DNA of 63,987 nucleotides, counting the filler, from Malassezia furfur (taxonomy: Eukaryota), in NCBI GenBank assembly GCA_052055015.1. It is 6 parts of 6 records of this genome, joined end to end, with 100 filler letters (N's around TTAATTAATTAA, not from the genome) between each part and the next. Parts side by side here need not be neighbours in the genome. Positions count along the whole stretch, not along the records: positions 56,690 to 63,987 come from JBQJIT010000503.1; 5 more parts are not named here. The stretch is one strand, 5' to 3'. This document shows, piece by piece, positions 56,690-63,987 of this stretch. The notes below the pieces were generated by a model that worked only from the letters and a program-made list of their open reading frames with translations, searched no databases and had not been told where the DNA came from. A program made the position numbers and the translations under genes. The first letter of the stretch is position 1. Every line of letters begins with the position of its first letter.

Positions 56690-58046
56690 CCGGCGGCGCC
56701 CGCGCCACGGCGCCCGCCAGCGCGGGGCTGACGCTCGCGAGGTTGGTCAGCGCCATCGCCGCCTCAAACAGCTGGAGCAGCGAGCCTTGGGGCACGAAAA
56801 AAAGCGCCGCGACGTACTGCACACCCTGCTCCGCCGCGCCGTCCTGCCGAAAGAGCAGTGCAGGGTCCGTCGAGATGCACAGTTTCGCGAGCGCCTGCAG
56901 CGCCGACACGTCGGCATTCACGGCGCGCTCTGCACACGCCGCGTACGCATCCTTGCACAGTGCCACCACCGCGCGGCCCACGCCGAGCTGCAGCAGCCGG
57001 CCGCGCAGCGGCGTATTTTGCTCCGTCACCAGCGAGAGCAGCAACGCCGACAGCGTGCGCCGCAGTTCAACATCCGCCGACGACGACGTGCGCAACGCAA
57101 GTGCCACAAGCGGCGGCACACACCCCGCCTCGACCACTGCGCGCGCACGACGCGCCGCGTCGGCGGGCGCCACTGGTGCCTCGGGCGCGGGCGCCGCACC
57201 CCGCGCCGCCGACCGACGTAGCGCCTCGATGCGCCGCTGTTCGTCAGTACGCGGTGCAGCGTATGCACATGCGGTGGCGAGTAGCGACACGATCACAAAC
57301 GCCACCGAAGAGCGCTGCAGCGTGCCTGACGCGGCCTGTTGGACAAGCAACAGGCGCGCAAGCGCTTCGAGCAGGGGGCGATCGTTGCACAGCACGTCGC
57401 GAAGCGCGGGGAGCCGTACCAAGTAATACATGCCCTCGAGCGCGTCCGCACGCGCCGCCGCTGCCGCATCAAATGCGAGTAGTCCGGGGTCCGCAGCGCT
57501 CGATGCATGCACGATCGTCGTGCGCAGGCGCGCAAACAGCTGGATGCAGGTGTCTTGTGGCAGCGAAAATGACCCCTTGGTCGCGTCGCTTTCGATCGCG
57601 AGCTTGATGCGCACCAGGTCGATACATGCCGCTGCATTGTCGCCGACCTCGACGATCGGTGCGTCGGACGCGTACCGCGCAAGCCACGCTTGCACGTCGG
57701 CGTCGGCGGCAAGCATCTTGCGCACGGGCGCCTGAGACGCAGCACCCGCAAGCATGTGCGCCAACGCGCACCGTGTCCGTGTATCCTGTTCTCGACAGAA
57801 CAGCTCGTGGAGCAGCCCCTCGCGCTCGAGCACGCGCTGCGCGAGCGCCGCTTGAACGAGGGTAAGCACGTGCAGCGCAACGAGCACCTGCACCGTGTCG
57901 TGCGCAGCGGCGTCGCGCAGCGACTGAGCGACCGCGCCGGCCTCGTTTGTATCCAGCTTAGCAAGTGACTGCAATAGCGCTGCATCGCCCGCAGCAGGCG
58001 TGCTGCGGCCGAGCACATCGAGCAACCGCACGACTAGGTCGGCCAT
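56690..58046 (-). CDS. SHE4: UCS-domain myosin chaperone (She4/UNC-45), 3'-truncated
   Basis: ALEGMYYL, RGRLLQLG, ALQALAKLCISTDP, LLQLFEAAMALTNLAS. Confidence 0.82.
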
Positions 58047-58210
58047 CAGGAGCGACCTGGGCGCCCTCCACCGACGCACGGCCACGTTGCGGGCGGCTGG
58101 GCATTTTTGCATTTGCGACGCTCGCGAAATTTTGCTGGACACCACCCCGCCAGTGCGCCACCAGCAGAGTCCGGTGCGTGGTGCGCGCACAAAGCCGCAG
58201 CGTAACCAAG

Positions 58211-61200
58211 ATGAAGGAGCTAGTGTATGTGATGATCTGCTAACCCAAGTACGCAGGATGCACCCAAGAAAATGTACGCCGCTCACCGCTAACGCAGCAA
58301 AAACATTCAGTTCGGCGTCATGTCGCAGGAGGAGATTGTGAACCTCGCCGAGCTCGAGGTGGTCACGCGCGACATCTATGACCTGCCGAACCGGCAGCCA
58401 CGCGTCGGAGGTGTGCTCGACCGCCGCATGGGCGTGAGTGACAAGGTATCGACGTGTCAGACGTGCGGGCACCGTATGGCCGACTGTGTGGGCCACTATG
58501 GCTACATCAAGCTCGTGCTCCCCGTGTTCCACATTGGCTTCTTCAAACACGTCATCAGCATTCTACAGATGGTGTGCAAGTCGTGTGCCGGCATCTTGCT
58601 CGAGGAGAGCGACCGCCGGCGGTTTTTGCGCCGCTTCCGGCGGCCCAACTTGGAGAATCTGCAGCGCACGCAGACGTTCAAGGCAGCCAATGCCGTGGCA
58701 CGTAAGACGCTCTACTGCCCACACTGCGGCGCGACGAATGGCACTGTGAAAAAGGTCGGCGCGCTCAAAGTGGTCCACGAAAAGTTCCGCCAAAAGAAGA
58801 CAGAGGAGGAGTTGCTCGAGTTCCGCAAAACGTTCACCACCGCCGTCAGTATGGGCGGCGGCGAGCTCGGCCCGCATTTGAGCAAGGCCCAGGAAGATCT
58901 GAACCCGCTGCGTGTGCTTGACCTATTCAAGCGGATCAGCGACGAGGACTGCGAGCTGCTTGGCCTCAAGCCCGAGTACGGCCGGCCGGAGGAGTACATT
59001 TGGCAATACATTTGTGTGCCGCCCGTGTGCATCCGCCCAAGCGTTGCACAGGACGGCGCGACGAACGAGGACGACTTGACGGTGAAGCTGACCGAAATTG
59101 TGTTCACGAACAACATCATCAAATCGGGCCTGTCCAAGGGCAGCAAGGGGACCACCACGGCACAGCTCGTGGAGCAATGGGACTTTCTGCAGTTGAGCGT
59201 CGCGATGTACATCAACTCGGAGATGCCCGGCGTGCCGCCAATGAGCGGACACAAGCCGATCCGCGGCTTCTGCCAGCGGCTCAAGGGCAAGCAGGGCCGG
59301 TTCCGTGGCAATCTGTCCGGCAAGCGTGTCGACTTTTCTGCCCGCACGGTCATTTCGCCGGACCCCAACCTGGCGATTGACGAGCTGGCGGTGCCCGAGC
59401 GCGTCGCCAAGATCCTGACCTATCCTGAGCGTGTTTTTGCGCACAATATCGAGGCGATGCGCCAGGCCGTACGGAACGGCACCGATACACACCCTGGGGC
59501 CAATTACCACATCAACGGACGCGATGGGTTCAAGCGTTTCCTTAAGTTCCCGCAGATGCGTGAGGAGCTCGCAGCCAATTTGCACGTCGGCGACATTGTC
59601 GAGCGGCACATCCGTGACGGCGACATTGTACTCTTCAACCGGCAGCCAAGTTTGCACAAGCTGTCCATCATGTGCCACCGCGTCAAGGTACGGCCGTGGC
59701 GCACTTTCCGGCTGAACGAGTGCGTTTGCAATCCGTACAACGCAGACTTTGATGGCGACGAGATGAACATGCACGTGCCGCAGACCGAGGAGGCGCGCAC
59801 CGAGGCGCTGACGCTGATGGGCGTCAAGCACAACCTCGTGACGCCGCGCAACGGTGAGCCGATCATTGCGGCGATCCAAGACTTTATCACCGCCTCGTTC
59901 CTCCTGTCGCGTCGCGATCGGCTGTTCACGCGGCCCGAATTTGTGCAGATCTGCTCCTACTTTGGTGACGCGACGCTGCACATTGATGTGCCGCCACCCG
60001 CGATCCAAAAACCCGTTCGACTCTGGACGGGGAAACAGCTGTTCAGCGTGCTCATCCGCCCGAACCGTGCGTCCAACGTCCTCGTGAACCTTGAGGCACG
60101 ATGCCGCACATTTGAGAAGCCGTCGGGTAACCACATCAAGGAGATGTCGCCTAACGACGGCTACCTCGTCATCCAAAACTCCGAGGTGCTGTGTGGTGTG
60201 ATGGACAAGGCCACGGTCGGTGACGGCAACAAGCACTCGCTGTTTGGCGTAATTCTGCGCGACTATGGCCCTGACGCCACGATCGAGGCGATGAACCGCC
60301 TTGCCAAGATGTGTGCGCGCTGGCTTGCCAACCAGGGCTTCTCGCTGGGGATCAGCGACGTGACGCCGGGGCAGCACCTGCGCCGCACCAAGGACGAGAA
60401 TGTGGAGGTGGCCTACCGCCAGTGCCGCGACCTGATCGAGCTCGCGAAGCGCGGCAAGCTCGAGAACCTGCCTGGGTGCAACCAGGAACAGACGCTCGAG
60501 AGCAAGATCTCGGGCGTGCTGTCCGGTGTGCGCAGCGACGTCGGCGAGATTTGCATGACCGAGCTGAGTCGGCACAACGCCGCGCTGATGATGGCCGTGT
60601 GTGGCTCCAAGGGCTCCAAGATCAACGTCGCGCAGATGGTCGCGTGTGTCGGACAGCAGATTATTTCGGGATCGCGTGTGCCCAACGGTTTCCAGGATCG
60701 CTCCTTGCCGCATTTCCCAAAAAAGAGCAAAGATCCGCCGAGCAAGGGCTTTGTGCGCAACTCCTTCTTCTCCGGCCTTGAGCCCACCGAGTTTCTCTTC
60801 CACGCAATCAGTGGGCGTGAGGGACTGGTTGATACGGCGGTCAAGACCGCCGAGACAGGCTACATGCAGCGCCGCCTCATGAAGGCGCTCGAGGACCTCT
60901 CGACGCACTACGACTTTTCGGTGCGCAACTCAGTAGGGGGCGTTGTGCAATTCCTGTACGGCGACGACGGCCTTGATCCCGCCGAGCTCGAGGGGAATGC
61001 ACTGCCGGTCGAGTACCATCGTACCTTCCGGCACGCCACCGCCAAGGCCGCGCACATCCCGGCGCGCAGCCTGATGCCGTTCGAGATCCGGGAGCGAGTC
61101 GACGCAACGCTGCGTACGGACCGTTTCCGGCGCGTGTGCACCGACAAGTACCTGGAGCAGATCCGTGCGTTTTGCGACGTGCAGATCGCCGAGCATGTTG

Positions 61201-62476
61201 CGCGCACGCGCGAGGCCTATGGCATGTTCCCCGCGCGCGTGCGCGAAGGCGACTGGGATGAGGAGACAGACTTGTCGCTCGGCGCCGATGCCGCGCAGTG
61301 GGCTATCGTCGCCAACAAGGCGCGCGTCACCGAGCCGATTCTGGACGAGTTCCTGAACGAATGCTGGGAAAAGTACATGAAGGCGAAGATCGAGCCGGGC
61401 ACGGCCGTCGGTGCGGTGGGTGCGCAGTCGATCGGCGAACCGGGCACGCAGATGACGCTCAAGACGTTTCACTTTGCGGGTGTCGCCTCGATGAACGTTA
61501 CACTCGGTGTGCCGCGCATCAAGGAGATCATCAATGCCGCCAAGGTGATCAACACCCCGATCATTGCCGCCAAACTCGTGAGCGAACGCAGCGAGCAGGC
61601 AGCACGGATCGTCAAGGGCCGCATCGAGAAGACCTACCTCGGGGACGTGGCAGCGACCATCGAGGAGGCCTGGGCAGGGACGCACACCTACCTCGGTGTG
61701 AACATCGATATGGACGCCATCCAGAAGCTCCAGCTGGAGGTGACGCTGGACGACATCAAGGTCGCCATTGCGCAGATGCCCAAACTCAAGATCCGGCCGG
61801 AACGGATCACGATCCTCCCGCGCAAGAACCAGCTCAAGATTCACGTGTACCCGGACGAAAAGGAAAAAGATGTATATTATACGCTGAAGCAACTCAAGCG
61901 GCTCCTGCCCAAGGTGGTGATCAAGGGCATTCCGCACGCCTCGCGCGCCGTGATCAGCGACGAGAAGGGCGAGCGCAAGCTGCTGGTCGAAGGTTACGGC
62001 CTCAAGGAGGTGATGACCACCGAGGGCGTGATCGGCACCCAGACCCAGACAAACCATGTCATGGAGATGCAGCAGGTGCTCGGCATTGAGGCGGCCCGCA
62101 ACGCCATCTACCGTGAAATCGATTACACGATGGCGTCGCACGGCATGTCGATCGACCCGCGCCATGTGATGCTCCTCGCAGACGTCATGACGTACAAGGG
62201 TGAGGTGCTCGGTATCACGCGCTTCGGCGTCGCCAAGATGAAGGACTCGGTGCTGATGCTCGCCTCGTTCGAGAAGACGACGGACCATCTCTTCGATGCT
62301 GCGCTCTACGGCAAGTCGGATTCGATCGCCGGTGTGAGCGAGAGCATTATTATGGGCAACCCGGCGCAGACCGTCGGTACCGGCATGTACGTATCCGTTG
62401 CACTGACCCCAGGCCCGCACTCGTCTCGCCCAAGCCCACGCTGCCGCCGCTGCGCCCGCTCCTCTTTGACGCCTAG
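58211..62476 (+). CDS. RPC1: RNA polymerase III largest subunit
   Basis: MKELV start with introns 58225-58249, 58274-58297 and 62387-62412; RLKGKQGRFRGNLSGKRVDF, YNADFDGDEMN, SFEKTTDHLFDAA; no CTD. Confidence 0.96.
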
Positions 62477-62589
62477 ATCTCCACCCGTAGATATATTAGT
62501 CAGCCTGCAGGCCGCAGAGAAAAATTTTGCGGGCAAAAAAAAATGTGGTGGCCAACGCTGCGCTTTCTTGGTTTCATACACCGACCAGG

Positions 62590-63987
62590 ATGGGCAAGAA
62601 GGATAAGTCTGTTGCTCCCGCGGTCTCGGCCAAGGCCAGCAAGAATAGCTCCGAGAAGGCGAGCAAGGTGACGGCGAAGTCGGCCGCCCCTGCCAAGAAG
62701 GACGCGAAGAGCAAGGCGAAGAAGGTGGAGTCCGAATCCGAGTCCGAGTCCAGCTCCGAGTCCGAGTCTGAGTCTAGCTCCAGCTCTGAGTCTGAGTCTA
62801 GCTCCAGCTCTGAGTCCGAGTCTAGCTCCAGCTCCGAGTCCGAGTCCAGCTCCGAGTCCGAGTCCGAGTCCAGCTCCGAGTCCGAGTCTAGCTCCAGCTC
62901 CGAGTCCGAGTCCAGCTCCAGCTCCGAGTCCGAGTCCAGCTCCAGCTCCGAGTCCGAGTCCAGCTCTGACGAAGAGTCGGACCAGGAGGAGGACACGAGC
63001 AAGGTGGCCACCAGTAAGTCGGACAGTTCCGAGTCCTCGGACAGCTCGGACGAGTCGAGCTCGTCGGAGTCCTCGGAGTCGGACAACTCTAGCGACGAAG
63101 AGGAAGATGCGGACAAGGCGGAGAAGAGCGAGTCGGATTCCGACAGCTCCGACAGCTCCGACTCGGACAGCTCTGAATCCGACAGCTCCGACAGCTCCGA
63201 CTCGGACTCGTCCGAGTCGTCGGACAGTTCCGACGAAGAGGAGGCGCCTAAGGCGAAAGACTCGAAAAAGCGCAAGGCTGACGAGGAGGAACCTGCGATT
63301 GCGAAAAAGTCTAAGGTGGACGCGCCCGTCGAGGGTGCCGACGACGGCATCAAGACGCTCTGGGTCGGTCAGCTCAGCTGGAACGTGGACAACGACTGGC
63401 TCAGGAGCGAGTTTGAGGAATACGGTACGGTTGTCGATGCGCGTGTGCAGTGCGACCGTGACACGGGCCGCAGCCGCGGGTTTGGTTACGTCGACTTTGC
63501 GACCGCGCAAGATGCGCTGACCGCCTCGCAAAAGGCGCAAGGCAAGGAGGTCGACGGCCGTGCCCTCCGTGTTGACCTCCAGGCTCCCCGTGCTCCGAAG
63601 GAGCGCGTCGAGGGCCGCGCCAAGCACTTCAACGATGAGCGCAGTGCTCCCTCGAACACGCTATTCCTGGGTGGTCTTGCATGGTCGCTGACCGAGGACG
63701 ATATCTGGAACACTTTCTCGGAATTCGGCGAGGTTTCGGCCGTCCGTCTCCCGAAGGACATGGAATCCGGCCGCCCTAAGGGCTTCGGCTATGTCGAGTT
63801 TGACACGGAAGAAAATGCGGGCAAGGCGCTCGAGGCGCTCAACGGGCAAGAGCTCGGTGGCCGTCCTGTGCGCATCGACTTTGCTGGCAAGCGTGACAAC
63901 TCGAACAGCTCGCGCAGCGGCTCGCCGGCTGGCGGCTTTGGTGGTCGCGGCGGCGGCCGCGGCGGCGGCCGTGGTGGCGGCCGTGGT
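62590..63987 (+). CDS. NSR1: Nucleolin-like Nsr1/Gar2 (acidic Ser tract, two RRMs, RGG), runs off window end
   Basis: ATG 62590; [43 protein letters not shown]. Confidence 0.93.
   Translation, partial: MGKKDKSVAPAVSAKASKNSSEKASKVTAKSAAPAKKDAKSKAKKVESESESESSSESESESSSSSESESSSSSESESSSSSESESSSESESESSSESESSSSSESESSSSSESESSSSSESESSSDEESDQEEDTSKVATSKSDSSESSDSSDESSSSESSESDNSSDEEEDADKAEKSESDSDSSDSSDSDSSESDSSDSSDSDSSESSDSSDEEEAPKAKDSKKRKADEEEPAIAKKSKVDAPVEGADDGIKTLWVGQLSWNVDNDWLRSEFEEYGTVVDARVQCDRDTGRSRGFGYVDFATAQDALTASQKAQGKEVDGRALRVDLQAPRAPKERVEGRAKHFNDERSAPSNTLFLGGLAWSLTEDDIWNTFSEFGEVSAVRLPKDMESGRPKGFGYVEFDTEENAGKALEALNGQELGGRPVRIDFAGKRDNSNSSRSGSPAGGFGGRGGGRGGGRGGGRG
62728..62967 (+). repeat. Coding minisatellite (TCCGAG/TCCAGC units) encoding Ser/Glu tract of Nsr1
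   Basis: Imperfect tandem 18-24 nt units. Confidence 0.85.

Noticed and set aside
62728..63240. Tandem repeats and antisense [11 protein letters not shown]
   Set aside because: Ordinary Ser/Glu acidic tract of nucleolin; no spacers, so not CRISPR-like

Overview
Eukaryotic, very compact and GC-rich fungal DNA. Tandem secreted LIP-family lipases, the gene content and gene density point to a Malassezia-type basidiomycete yeast (inference). The window is not contiguous. It is six draft contigs joined by five artificial 100-nt linkers (44 N + TTAATTAATTAA + 44 N); the four complete contigs are about 11.2 kb and sorted by decreasing length. About 40 protein-coding genes can be reconstructed, mostly housekeeping (TRS85, SPT20, SIZ1, MGS1, MIC10, SPP1, ENV7, PEX11, ORM1, TSR1, RPN8, PNO1, YOP1, MGE1, CSN7, NTH1, RPP1, COX17, VTC1, GPN1, RER1, UBP2, RMD1, ALG3, POM33, RAD57, SHE4, RPC1, NSR1). 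Most ORFs that look split are explained by more than 40 ultra-short (21-30 nt) GT-AG introns whose branch point sits almost on the 3' splice site. Two contigs start with (CCTAAT)n telomeric repeats, followed at once by AT-richer, intronless oxidoreductase genes and decaying pseudogenes (DHA1 MFS, aldo-keto reductase relic). Other highlights: a hidden DMAC1/DUF4536-like gene 16 nt behind MIC10 that can be spliced in frame onto it, a mosaic triplication of an NADP-type alcohol dehydrogenase, convergent genes with overlapping stops, and a recurrent CACGTG box in 50-100 bp promoters. All gene calls come from recognising motifs by eye; no database search was run.
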